A stretch of DNA of 51,514 bases, from assembly GCA_037385265.1 (NCBI GenBank), contig JARRNG010000020.1, positions 1 through 51,514 on the forward strand, written 5' to 3'. The notes under the pieces were generated by a model. The model saw nothing but the letters and a program-made list of their open reading frames with translations, was not told the DNA's origin and searched no databases. This DNA comes from Nitrospirota bacterium (GTDB lineage Bacteria; Nitrospirota; Thermodesulfovibrionia; Thermodesulfovibrionales; JdFR-86). Below are positions 24,790 to 33,776 of the stretch, in pieces; position 1 is the first letter of the stretch, and the number at the start of each line of letters is the position of its first letter. The position numbers were made by a program, and so were the translations under genes.

Positions 24790-26436
24790 TCAGCTGGAGC
24801 CCTTTTCTATTATCTCCCGCGCGTGCTTGAGCGAGGTGTCGGTTATCCTTCCGCCGAGCATCCTCGCCACCTCTTCCTGCCTTTCCCTGCCCGAGAGCTT
24901 CTTGACCTTCACCGTCACGCCCTTGCCGGCTCCCACCTTGAGGATGCGCAAGTGCACGTTGGCCACCGAAGCTATCTGGGGCAGGTGGGTTATGAGGAGC
25001 ACCTGGTGATTCTTTGACGTTTCCTTTAGCTTCCTTGCGACGTTGTGGGCGGTCTTTCCGCCGATGCCCGCATCGACCTCGTCGAAGACCAGGACCGGTG
25101 TCTCGTCGGCGTCCCTGAGGACGCTCTTTATGGCGAGCATTATTCTCGAAAGTTCTCCGCCCGAGGCGACCTTCGAAAGAGGCTTGGCCGCTTCTCCCGG
25201 GTTCGCGGAGAAAAGGACCTCTGCCTCGTCGGAGCCCGTGGCGGAGACGGGGGCACTGTCGAGCCTGACCTGGAAATCGGACTTTTCGAGAGCCAGGTCC
25301 TTGAGTATCCCCTTCACCGAGGACTCGAGCTTCGAAGCCACGGCCTTCCGCTTCTTCGAAAGCTCTCCGGCCAAGGCGCGGAGCTTTTCATCTTCGAGCC
25401 CCAGTTCCTTCTCCAGCTCCTCGAGCGACTCCTCCGATGTTTCGATTGCGCCAAGCTCATCCTTAGCCTTTTCGAGGTAAGCGATTACGTCGGCGATGGT
25501 GTCTCCGTATTTCTTCTTCAGCTTCTTTATCAGTTCGAGCCTGTCCCCCACGACCTCGAGCCTGGCGGGATCGGCGTCGTACCTTTCCTTGAGGGCCCTG
25601 AGGGAGTGCGAGGCGTCCTCGGCCAGGGCGAGGGCCTGTTCGAGGACCGCGGCGACCTCCTCGACGCTCCTGTCGATGGATGACGTCTCCCTGAGCGACG
25701 AAACGGCGCGGGCGAGGCGTTCCACCGCGGAGCTCTCGTCGCCGTAAATTTCGGCATGGGCTCCCTCGGTAAGTTCCCTCAGACGGCCCAGGTTCGAAAG
25801 TATGGCCCGTTCCTCCTCGAGCCTTTCGTCCTCTCCGGGCTCGAGGGAGGCGGATTCGATCTCGTTTACCTGGAACTTGAGGAGGTCGAGCTTCTGCTCG
25901 GCCGCCCTTCTGCCAGCCTTTAGGCCCTCTATCTTTCCTTTAAGGGCCTCGCTCCGGCGGAAGTGCAGGGCCACATCGTCCCTCAGGCGCTCGAGCCCCC
26001 CAAAGCGGTCCAGGAGCGCGAGCTGGTTATCCCGCGAAAGGAGGCTCTGGTGCTCGTTCTGCCCGTGTATGTCCACAAGGCGGGAGCCCAGGGAGGCGAG
26101 GCTCTGGACGTTGACCAGGGTGTCGTTTATGTAAGTCCTGGTCTTGCCGGCCCTGGAGACCACCCTGCGAATTATGATTCCCTCGGAGCCGTCTATGCCC
26201 ATCTCCGCCAGCAGGGGTTGGTTGCCGACGTCGAATAAGGCCTCCACGACGGCTTCCGGCGCGCCGGTCTTGATCATCTCGGTGTAGGCCCTCTGGCCGA
26301 GGGCGACGCCGAGGGCGCCGATGATTATTGATTTGCCGGCCCCCGTTTCCCCGGTGAGGACGTTCAGGCCCGGCTCGAATTCCAGGGAGAGTTCGTCGAT
26401 TATGGCGTAGTTCTTTACTCTGAGTTCCTTAAGCAT
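24790..26436 (-). CDS. recN: DNA repair protein RecN
   Basis: MLKELRVKNYAIID start, Walker A GETGAGKS, coiled-coil middle, ASGGELSRIMLAIK signature, and Walker B VLVFDEVDAGIGG. Confidence 0.92.
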   Translation of the reverse strand: MLKELRVKNYAIIDELSLEFEPGLNVLTGETGAGKSIIIGALGVALGQRAYTEMIKTGAPEAVVEALFDVGNQPLLAEMGIDGSEGIIIRRVVSRAGKTRTYINDTLVNVQSLASLGSRLVDIHGQNEHQSLLSRDNQLALLDRFGGLERLRDDVALHFRRSEALKGKIEGLKAGRRAAEQKLDLLKFQVNEIESASLEPGEDERLEEERAILSNLGRLRELTEGAHAEIYGDESSAVERLARAVSSLRETSSIDRSVEEVAAVLEQALALAEDASHSLRALKERYDADPARLEVVGDRLELIKKLKKKYGDTIADVIAYLEKAKDELGAIETSEESLEELEKELGLEDEKLRALAGELSKKRKAVASKLESSVKGILKDLALEKSDFQVRLDSAPVSATGSDEAEVLFSANPGEAAKPLSKVASGGELSRIMLAIKSVLRDADETPVLVFDEVDAGIGGKTAHNVARKLKETSKNHQVLLITHLPQIASVANVHLRILKVGAGKGVTVKVKKLSGRERQEEVARMLGGRITDTSLKHAREIIEKGSS

Positions 26437-26914
26437 CCCTGTTGAACACCGGGTGGAGCTTGTCGTAGGTGTCAAGCACGTGTTCCGGTATCACTCGTAT
26501 TTCGTCGAAGACGGTCATGAAGCTCACGTCCCCCGCCCAGCGGGGCACAATGTGGATATGCAGATGCTCCTCGATGCCCGCGCCGGCCACCCTGCCGAGA
26601 TTTATCCCGATATTGAAGCCATCGGGCGAGAAGGCCCTGGTGACGCACTCCACGGAGTACCGGGTGAGCTCCATCATCTCCCCCATCAGGCCCGGTTCGA
26701 GGCCCTCGAGGTCCGGGACGTGAACATAGGGGACGACCATGAGGTGGCCGTTATTGTAGGGGAAGCGGTTCATTATGACGTAGGTATTTTCGCTCCGGTA
26801 AAGGATGAGGTTGTCCCTGTCGCGGCCTTCGCCTGGCATGGTGCAGAAGATGCATTGGGTCGGCTTCTTGCCCAGGATGTATTGCATCCTCCAGGGGGCC
26901 CAGAGGTTCTTCAT
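26429..26914 (-). CDS. HIT-family nucleotide hydrolase/phosphorylase
   Basis: MKNLWAPWRMQYI start and the HLHIHIVPR histidine triad. ATGA overlap with the upstream gene stop. The track ORF extends spuriously to 27169. Confidence 0.85.
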   Translation of the reverse strand: MKNLWAPWRMQYILGKKPTQCIFCTMPGEGRDRDNLILYRSENTYVIMNRFPYNNGHLMVVPYVHVPDLEGLEPGLMGEMMELTRYSVECVTRAFSPDGFNIGINLGRVAGAGIEEHLHIHIVPRWAGDVSFMTVFDEIRVIPEHVLDTYDKLHPVFNRDA

Positions 26915-27585
26915 TTCACTTCCCTGCCCAGAAGCTCGAGCACCTGCCTGGCGTCGGACCAGACGTCGTGCTTGGCCCTCGGGTTCCTGAGCAGATACGC
27001 CGGGTGGAAGGTCGGCATGAGGGCGATGCCCTGGAAGGCATGGAAATGCCCCCTGAGCCTCGATATCGGCGTGTTCAGCCCGGTGAGCGTATGGGACGAG
27101 ACGCGACCGAGGGAAACTATCACCCTGGGGGAGATAATCTCCACCTGCTTCTTCAGGAAGGGCAGGCATGCGCTTATCTCGTCCGCTTCGGGGTCGCGGT
27201 TGCCCGGCGGGCGGCTCTTTATGATGTTCGCGATGTATACGTCTTCGCGCTTGAAGCCCATCTTGTTTATCAGGCTTGTGAGGAGCTTTCCGGCGTCTCC
27301 CACGAAGGGCCTGCCCTGGAGGTCCTCCTCGCGTCCCGGGGCCTCGCCTATGAACATTATCTCAGCCTCCGGGCTTCCCTCCCCGAAGACGAGGTTCTTC
27401 CTGCCCTTTCCGAGCTTGCACCTCTGGCAGTCGCCCATCTCCAAGCGAAGGGCCTCAAGCGCCCGGGCCTTTTCCGCGCCCGTCATCCTGGCGGCCCCCG
27501 GCACCTCTATGGGCAGGCGCTTGAAGCCGAGGGCCTCGTAATAGCTGAGCACCGTCCTGACTTCCCCGGTGGAGGAAAGCCTCAT
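26911..27585 (-). CDS. uracil-DNA glycosylase, family 4
   Basis: CQRC Fe-S Cys pair and GEAPGREEDLQGRPFVG motif. The ATG at 27585 forms an ATGA overlap with the nadK stop. The track ORF starts at 27597. Confidence 0.85.
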   Translation of the reverse strand: MRLSSTGEVRTVLSYYEALGFKRLPIEVPGAARMTGAEKARALEALRLEMGDCQRCKLGKGRKNLVFGEGSPEAEIMFIGEAPGREEDLQGRPFVGDAGKLLTSLINKMGFKREDVYIANIIKSRPPGNRDPEADEISACLPFLKKQVEIISPRVIVSLGRVSSHTLTGLNTPISRLRGHFHAFQGIALMPTFHPAYLLRNPRAKHDVWSDARQVLELLGREVK

Positions 27586-28384
27586 CTCTGGCCCCACTTG
27601 AGCTTGGTCCTCAGGATGTCGAAGTGATCCCTGCCTCCGGCCCGGAAGAGCGTGGCCACGTGGGGGGACTTCTCGACAATGATGGTGTCGCCCGACATGA
27701 GAGTGTAGCCGACCTGGCCGTCAAGCGAAAGAAGCACGCCGTCGCTATGCGACTTGAGGGTCATCTCTATCTCGGCGTCGTCCGGCAGCACGAGGGGCCT
27801 GTTCGTGAGAGTGTGAGGGCTTATGGGCGTGAGCACGAGGGCCGGGAGGGTAGGGTAGAGTATGGGGCCGCCGGCCGAGAGGGAATAAGCCCGAACGCCT
27901 TGTTCACCCTCACTTCCAGGTCGACTATCCGCACCATGGCGCCCTTGTTTATCACTATGTCGTTGAGGGCCGTGTAGCGCGAGATCTCCTCCCCCTCCCG
28001 GGTGAGTCGGGCCGAGAGCATCATCCTCTCCTCGGTGGGACATTCGCCCCTTATTATCTTCTCCATGGCCTCAAAGATCTCGTCCGTGTATATCTCGGTG
28101 ATGAAGCCCAGGCCCCCCAGGTTGACCCCCAGCACGGGGACGCCCGCCGGCGCCACCAGCCTCGCCGTGCCCAGCATGGTGCCGTCGCCCCCGAGGACCA
28201 CCACCATGTCCACGGAGCTTGGAAACTCGGAGCGCGGAATGCTCTGGGCCCCCTCGAAGGAGGCGATTTCTTCCTCCTCCAGGTACACCTCGATCTTCCG
28301 CTCGCGGAGCCAGGGGACGAAATCCCGGAGGATTTCCGGCGGCTCCGGCCTGTCAGGCTTGCAGATTATCCCAATCCTCTTCAT
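27582..28384 (-). pseudogene. nadK: NAD kinase, disrupted by an internal deletion and frameshift
   Basis: The N-terminal frame (28384 down to 27821) has VVLGGDGTML and GVNLGGLGFIT. The C-terminal frame (28043 down to 27582) has AYSLSAGGPILYP...TPISPHTLTNRP. The frames switch near 27885-27905. The DGLIVSTPTGST segment is not encoded in any frame. Confidence 0.8.
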
Positions 28385-28835
28385 CTATGCCCTCTATTAT
28401 AATCTCTCGGGAATCATTCTGCAGGACCTCCAGGATGACCTTGATGCAGCCTTCCGGGGCCTCCAGCTTCTCGGCCCACTCCACCACCGATATGCCGTCG
28501 CACCCGATGAAATCGTAGACGCCGGCGGCCTCAACGTCCTCTTCGCGGTCGAGCCTGTAGAGGTCGATGTGGTAAAAAGGCGGTCGGGACTCGTGTTCGG
28601 CCACGATGGTGAAGCTCGCGCTGGTTATGTCACGTTCCGGGACGCCGAGGGCGCGGCCGATGCCCTTCGCGAAGACCGTCTTGCCGGCCCCGAGCTCCCC
28701 GTAGAGGCAGACCGTTGAGCCGGCCTTGAGCATCCTGCCGAGCCTGTAACCGGCCTCAGCCGTCTCCTCCGGGCTATTGCTTAGGAGCCTCACCAGCCAC
28801 CCCGCGGATGACCTCGTGCTTGCCCACGACGCCAA
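28353..28835 (-). CDS. tsaE: tRNA threonylcarbamoyladenosine biosynthesis ATPase TsaE
   Basis: LYGELGAGKTVFAKGI P-loop, SASFTIV and YHIDLYRL. The start is uncertain, with a GTG at 28793 possible. Confidence 0.8.
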   Translation of the reverse strand: MASWASTRSSAGWLVRLLSNSPEETAEAGYRLGRMLKAGSTVCLYGELGAGKTVFAKGIGRALGVPERDITSASFTIVAEHESRPPFYHIDLYRLDREEDVEAAGVYDFIGCDGISVVEWAEKLEAPEGCIKVILEVLQNDSREIIIEGIDEEDWDNLQA

Positions 28836-29238
28836 CCACCTTGCCGTCCCGGACCACGGGGAGAAGGGTGATGTGCTTTTCGGCCATGATAGTGGCTATT
28901 TCCTCCAGGGGAGTGTCCTCGCTGATGGTCATGACATCCGTGGTGCAGATGTCAGAGACCTGCGAGGCCGCCATCCTCTGTATCTCCTTTTCGATGGCCT
29001 CGGAGCCCTTAAGCGGTATGATGGCGTCGAATATCCGGAGCATGGAGGGGATGTGGAACTTCTTGCTCTGGCTTATCAGGTCGTATTCGGTCACTATGCC
29101 TACCAGCTGCCCCTGGGCGTCCAGTACCGGCGCGCCGCTGATGTCGTGCTCGATGAAAAACCTGCCGAGCTTGTCGACCGGCATCTCCGGGTGCACCGAT
29201 ATGACTTCCTTATTCATTATGTCGCCGGCCTTGACCAT
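28774..29238 (-). CDS. CBS-domain pair protein
   Basis: Two CBS motifs (DIMNKEVISV..GAPVLD..LVGIVTEYDL; VSDICTTDVMTI..HITLLPVVRDGKVVGVV). Confidence 0.8.
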   Translation of the reverse strand: MVKAGDIMNKEVISVHPEMPVDKLGRFFIEHDISGAPVLDAQGQLVGIVTEYDLISQSKKFHIPSMLRIFDAIIPLKGSEAIEKEIQRMAASQVSDICTTDVMTISEDTPLEEIATIMAEKHITLLPVVRDGKVVGVVGKHEVIRGVAGEAPKQ

Positions 29239-29260
29239 GCGTGCTGAGCCTCCTTCCGGG

Positions 29261-29935
29261 CTATGGAATTCCTATGAAGCCGCCCTGCCTCCCCGTGGGG
29301 CCCTTGGCGTACCTGTAGGAGAAGTACCTGTCGGGGTGGCAGTAGGTGCATTCCTCTATTACGTCGATGTTTTCGACCTCTATTTTAACGGATAGGGCCT
29401 GGTATTTGTTGGCCGAGGGGAGGTCCAGGCAGAGCCTTCCGTTCTTTTCCATGTGGTAGTCGCCGCCTCCCGTGGCCCGTACCACTGGGTCGAGCACCTC
29501 CCGGCCCACCTCGTAGCAGCACCACCTTATCGCCGGGCCGATGGCAACGGCGATGTCCCGCGGGTCGGAGCCGAAGTCCCGGACCATCGCGGCGATCGTG
29601 TTCTTTAGAATGCCGGAAGCCGTGCCCCTCCAGCCGGCGTGCACCGCCCCAACGGCCTTTCGGCGGCCGTCGTAAAGCAGAATGGGCACGCAGTCCGCGA
29701 CCTTGAGGCCCAGGAGTATGCCTCTCTTTCCGGTCACCACGGCGTCGGCGACCTCCCGGGAGGCGATGTCCGTAACCGAGCTTACCAGGGAAGTATGCTC
29801 CTGTATCGGGAAGTGCACTGGCATGTTCGTCAGCCCGGAGACGTCTAATCCGGGGTCCCTGCCCGTGAAGAATGCCGTCAGCCCTTCTTCCGCCCGTGCC
29901 CTTTCGAAGATTTCGGGATGAATGACCAGGCTCAA
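29261..29935 (-). CDS. pgeF: peptidoglycan editing factor PgeF (YfiH/DUF152, laccase-domain protein)
   Basis: ADAVVT, VADCVPILL and HAGWRGTASGI motifs. Confidence 0.85.
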   Translation of the reverse strand: MSLVIHPEIFERARAEEGLTAFFTGRDPGLDVSGLTNMPVHFPIQEHTSLVSSVTDIASREVADAVVTGKRGILLGLKVADCVPILLYDGRRKAVGAVHAGWRGTASGILKNTIAAMVRDFGSDPRDIAVAIGPAIRWCCYEVGREVLDPVVRATGGGDYHMEKNGRLCLDLPSANKYQALSVKIEVENIDVIEECTYCHPDRYFSYRYAKGPTGRQGGFIGIP

Positions 29936-31455
29936 GGCTGCCTCAGGCTCCTGAAGGCTTCCGGGATGGCTGCTATTATGTCCGAGGCGAGAACGGACTG
30001 GAGCCCGAATTCGGCCTCTGCGAGGTCCCCGGCCAGGCCGTGGAGGTACACGGCGAGGGAAGCGGCGCCGGAGGAGTTCAGCCCCTGGCCAAGAAGCGAG
30101 GCCACCATTCCGGTGAGCACGTCGCCCGCGCCGGCCTTGGCCATGGAGGGGTTGCCGGTGGAGTTCAGAAAGGCCTTGACGCCCAGGTCGGCTACGACGG
30201 TCGGCACCCCCTTGAGAACGAGCGTCACTCCGTAGTCCTTGGAGAAGGCGAGGGCGGACTCTATCCTGTCCGTCTCTATTTCGTCTACCGGCTTTCCGGT
30301 CAGGCGGGAGAACTCTCCCGGATGCGGGGTGAGCACGAGAGGAGCGCTTGCCTCCCTGAGGACGTCGGCCTTGCCCTGAAGGACGTTGAGGGCGTCAGCG
30401 TCAAGGACTGCGGGTTTTTCGAGGGAGGCCAAGACGGCCCTGACAACTCCCGCCGTGTCCTCCGAAACCCCGATTCCCGGCCCCATGGCCAGGGCGTCGG
30501 CCTTTGCGTCGAGGAAGCCCAGTATATGCTCCGCAGCCTTCGGGGAAAGCGTGCCGTCGCCGCGGTCGGGCAGGGGGAGGCACATCTCCTCGGTGACCCT
30601 GGACTGGAAAACTCCCATGAGGCCCTCCGGAACTCCCAGCGTAACGAGACCGCACCCGCTCATCAGGCAGGCCCTGGCCGCCATCATGGCCGCCCCGGTT
30701 CTGCCCCTGGAGCCCGCCACTACGAGTACGTGGCCATAGTCGCCCTTGTGTGAGCGTTTCGGCCGGGCAGGCAGAAGGTTCCGCATGCCCTCGGGCTCGA
30801 GGAGCTCGCAGCACGCGTCGTTGAAAAAAGGCGCGGGAAAGCCGATGTCCTCCACGAAGAGTTCCCCCGTGTAATCCGCCCCGGGGTAAAGGTAGTGTCC
30901 TCTCTTGGGCGCCCCGAAGGTCACGGTGGCCGTGGCCCTCACGGCGGCGCCGAGGACATGGCCGTTGTCGGAGGAGATGCCCGAGGGGATGTCCACGGCT
31001 ATCACGGGGGCCTCCGAAGCGTTGAGCCTTTCTATGGTCTCCGCCAGGGAGCCCGTTATCTCCTTGCTCAGGCCGGTGCCGAAGAGGGCGTCCACGACCA
31101 CGGCGGCGTGCAGGTCGGACTGCTCGAAGGTCTCCCTGAAATCGATGGGTACCCCTATCTGCTTTGCCGCCCTGTACTGGGCGAGGCAGTCGGGACTGAG
31201 TCTGTCTTCCTTGAGGAGAAGGAGCACCCTTACGTGCCATCCGGAGTTATGGAGCTCCCTTCCCACCACGATGCCGTCGCCCCCGTTGTTCCCGGACCCG
31301 GCCAAGACTATGAGCTTCCCGGGAGGGTACATCTCAGCTATCTTCCGGGCCACGGCAAGCCCCGCCCTCTCCATGAGGACAGTGCCCGGGATGCCGCAGC
31401 CCTCAATGGTCCTGCGGTCAATCTCACGCATCTCTCTCGCCGTCACTATTTTCAA
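29932..31455 (-). CDS. nnr: bifunctional NAD(P)H-hydrate repair enzyme (epimerase/ADP-dependent dehydratase)
   Basis: YjeF-N GSGNNGGDG and C-terminal kinase-fold GAGDVLTG. I prefer the TTG start at 31455 (LKIVTAREMREIDR matches the family N-terminus), downstream of an extended -10 box. The track ORF runs to 31608. Confidence 0.85.
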   Translation of the reverse strand: MKIVTAREMREIDRRTIEGCGIPGTVLMERAGLAVARKIAEMYPPGKLIVLAGSGNNGGDGIVVGRELHNSGWHVRVLLLLKEDRLSPDCLAQYRAAKQIGVPIDFRETFEQSDLHAAVVVDALFGTGLSKEITGSLAETIERLNASEAPVIAVDIPSGISSDNGHVLGAAVRATATVTFGAPKRGHYLYPGADYTGELFVEDIGFPAPFFNDACCELLEPEGMRNLLPARPKRSHKGDYGHVLVVAGSRGRTGAAMMAARACLMSGCGLVTLGVPEGLMGVFQSRVTEEMCLPLPDRGDGTLSPKAAEHILGFLDAKADALAMGPGIGVSEDTAGVVRAVLASLEKPAVLDADALNVLQGKADVLREASAPLVLTPHPGEFSRLTGKPVDEIETDRIESALAFSKDYGVTLVLKGVPTVVADLGVKAFLNSTGNPSMAKAGAGDVLTGMVASLLGQGLNSSGAASLAVYLHGLAGDLAEAEFGLQSVLASDIIAAIPEAFRSLRQP

Positions 31456-31489
31456 TGGCCTGCGCCTTTCACCATATGAAATATAGCAG

Positions 31490-31498
31490 ATTATAGCA
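31490..31498 (-). promoter_or_regulatory. extended -10 promoter element (TGcTATAAT) upstream of nnr
   Basis: The reverse complement of 31490-31498 reads TGCTATAAT. It lies inside the long track ORF and ~35 nt upstream of the TTG start. Confidence 0.35.
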
Positions 31499-31597
31499 TG
31501 CTCCGGAAGCGTATGCCGCCTTTGCAACATCTTTGAGCCGCCTTGATTGATGAAAGCCAAAGGGGTTAGCCTATTAGAAAACCATCGAGGGGTCGGG

Positions 31598-31996
31598 ATG
31601 CTTTTCAAGCTCTTTGCGATATTCGCGGTGGTGCCGGTGATAGAGCTTTCGCTCCTGATTTACGTGGGCTCCCGCATCGGCACCCTGAACACCATAGCCA
31701 TCATACTTCTGACCGCGGTGGTCGGGGCCTTCATGGTCAGGTTCGAGGGGATGGGCGTCCTTTACCGCATCCGGCTGGACCTCGGCGAGGGCAGAATCCC
31801 GACCGAGGAGCTTATCAACGGGGCGTTGATACTCGTGGCCGGAGCGCTCCTTCTGACCCCGGGCTTCGTTACGGATTTCGTCGGATTCCTGCTTGTGTTG
31901 CCGGCCACCAGGGAGCTGATAAAGCCCCCGCTCAAGAGATATCTAAAAAGGCATATCTCGGATATCTCCATCCACATGGGCCCCCCTCACGGCTGA
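31598..31996 (+). CDS. fxsA: FxsA-family cytoplasmic membrane protein
   Basis: MLFKLFAIFAVVPVIELSLLIYVG...LLLTPGFVTDFVGFLLVLP. The internal ATG at 31598 fits the family N-terminus. Confidence 0.8.
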   Translation: MLFKLFAIFAVVPVIELSLLIYVGSRIGTLNTIAIILLTAVVGAFMVRFEGMGVLYRIRLDLGEGRIPTEELINGALILVAGALLLTPGFVTDFVGFLLVLPATRELIKPPLKRYLKRHISDISIHMGPPHG

Positions 31997-32015
31997 TTTC
32001 CCGCAGCAACGGCAT

Positions 32016-33107
32016 ATGTTATCCTTAAAAGCCATGGACGAACCCGCATACATGAAACGCGCCCTCGGGCTTGCCCGGCGCGCTTTGGGACGGACCAGCC
32101 CCAACCCCATGGTGGGCGCGCTCATAGTCAAAGACGGCAGGGTAATTGCAGAGGACTACCACAGGAGGCCCGGCACCCCCCACGCGGAGGCCCTGGCCCT
32201 CGCAAAGGCCGGAGCTTCGGCAAAGGGGGCCACGCTCTACGTGTCGCTTGAGCCTTGCAGCCACACCGGAAAGAGGACCCCTCCCTGCGCCGACGCAATC
32301 ATCAAGGCCGGAATAAGGCGCGTCGTGGCTGCCATGGTGGACCCCAACCCCCAGGTCCGGGGCAGGGGCATCAGGAAGCTCAGGGACGCCGGAATAGAGG
32401 TCTCCGTGGGCGTGCTCGAGGAGGAGGCCCGCCGGCTAAATGAGGCCTACGTGAAATTCATAACCACGGGGAGGCCCTTCGTCACCCTTAAGACCGCCAT
32501 GACCCTCGACGGGAAGATAGCCACCCCCACGGGGCAGTCCAAATGGATCACCGGCGAGAAATCCCGCCGCCTGGTGCACAGGCTGCGCGGGAGCGTGGAC
32601 GCCATCCTCACCGCCGTAGGCACCGTTAAGGCCGACGACCCCGAGCTCACCTGCAGGACCGGACGAGGTAAGAACCCCGTAAGGGTGATAATAGACCCCC
32701 GTGCCGAGACCCCGCCGGGCTCGAGGGTCTTAAGATGTCCCCCGGAGACCATAGTAGTAACCGCCGCTGGAAGTATCAAAATTAATAAGTTAAGTAAATC
32801 AGGGACAATCATTATTAAATATAAAGCAAAACTTGAATTTAATTGGCTTATGGAAGTCCTCGGCTCAAGGGGGATATCTTCGGTTCTCATAGAGGGCGGG
32901 GCCTCCCTTAACGCCCATGCCCTCATGGAGGGCGTGGTGGACAAGGTGATGTATTTCATAGCCCCGAAGATAATCGGCGGCGCAAAGAGCTACCCCGCCG
33001 TGGGCGGAGAGGTCTTCAGGCCCCTCGATGATGCCATAGCGCTCCGGGACGTTAAGGTCAGGCGCCTGGACGAGGACATCCTGGTAGAGGGATATATCAG
33101 GCAGTAA
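32016..33107 (+). CDS. ribD: bifunctional diaminohydroxyphosphoribosylaminopyrimidine deaminase / 5-amino-6-(5-phosphoribosylamino)uracil reductase
   Basis: SPNPMVGA, HAEALAL and PCSHTGKRTPPC deaminase zinc motifs. Reductase half has VLIEGG. The start could instead be 32034. Confidence 0.92.
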   Translation: MLSLKAMDEPAYMKRALGLARRALGRTSPNPMVGALIVKDGRVIAEDYHRRPGTPHAEALALAKAGASAKGATLYVSLEPCSHTGKRTPPCADAIIKAGIRRVVAAMVDPNPQVRGRGIRKLRDAGIEVSVGVLEEEARRLNEAYVKFITTGRPFVTLKTAMTLDGKIATPTGQSKWITGEKSRRLVHRLRGSVDAILTAVGTVKADDPELTCRTGRGKNPVRVIIDPRAETPPGSRVLRCPPETIVVTAAGSIKINKLSKSGTIIIKYKAKLEFNWLMEVLGSRGISSVLIEGGASLNAHALMEGVVDKVMYFIAPKIIGGAKSYPAVGGEVFRPLDDAIALRDVKVRRLDEDILVEGYIRQ

Positions 33108-33120
33108 GAGGGGGGAAGGG

Positions 33121-33471
33121 CTATTTGCCCCTTATTATGCGGTTCTTCCCGTCGACCTTGATTATCCTTGGCTCGAAGCCTTCCATCTCCGCCTCGTCAA
33201 GCCAGCTGTAGGAGAAGACGATTATCTTGTCCCCGGGCTGTCCCTTTCGCGCCGTGGGGCCGTTCAGGCACATCTCCCCCTTCTTGCCCGGTATGGCGTA
33301 GGTGTCGAAACGCTCGCCGTTATTGAGGTTGCTGATGGCCACCTGCTCGTAGGGCTTTATGTCCGCGGCCTTGAGGAGGGCAGCGTCTATGGTGATGCTG
33401 CCCTCGTAGTCGAGGTTAGCGTCGGTGATGGTTGCCCTGTGTATCTTGGCTCTCAGAAAAGGTCTGAACAT
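33121..33471 (-). CDS. panD: aspartate 1-decarboxylase
   Basis: LRAKIHRATIT and YEGSITID (Gly-Ser self-cleavage site). 116 aa. Confidence 0.93.
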   Translation of the reverse strand: MFRPFLRAKIHRATITDANLDYEGSITIDAALLKAADIKPYEQVAISNLNNGERFDTYAIPGKKGEMCLNGPTARKGQPGDKIIVFSYSWLDEAEMEGFEPRIIKVDGKNRIIRGK

Positions 33472-33479
33472 GGCTGATA

Positions 33480-33767
33480 TTACTCGATTATCTTGGGAAC
33501 CCTGTAGAAATTTCCGCTCCTGTCGGGGGCGTTGGCGAGGGCCTCGTCCACCGGCATCGAGGGCCGGGGCTCGTCCTCCCTCGATACGTTGGCGAGGTCG
33601 AGGACATGCGACGTGGGCTCCACGGCGCTTATGTCCAAACGGTTTAGCTTCTCGACGTAGGAGAGAATGTTGTTGAGGTCGGCCAGCAGGGATTCCCTTT
33701 CGTAATCGGAGAGCTTGAGCCTCGCAAGCCCGGCTATCCGATCGACTAGTTTTGAGTCGATTTTCAT
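33480..33767 (-). CDS. gatC: Asp-tRNA(Asn)/Glu-tRNA(Gln) amidotransferase subunit C
   Basis: 95 aa. IAGLARLKLSDYE...ILSYVEKL...VEPTSH pattern. Confidence 0.9.
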   Translation of the reverse strand: MKIDSKLVDRIAGLARLKLSDYERESLLADLNNILSYVEKLNRLDISAVEPTSHVLDLANVSREDEPRPSMPVDEALANAPDRSGNFYRVPKIIE

Positions 33768-33776
33768 ATAATTATT

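Noticed and set aside
31997-32015. Expected FMN riboswitch upstream of ribD, and a glmS ribozyme upstream of glmS (37659)
   Set aside because: The gaps are 19 nt and 0 nt, which is too short to hold either RNA element.
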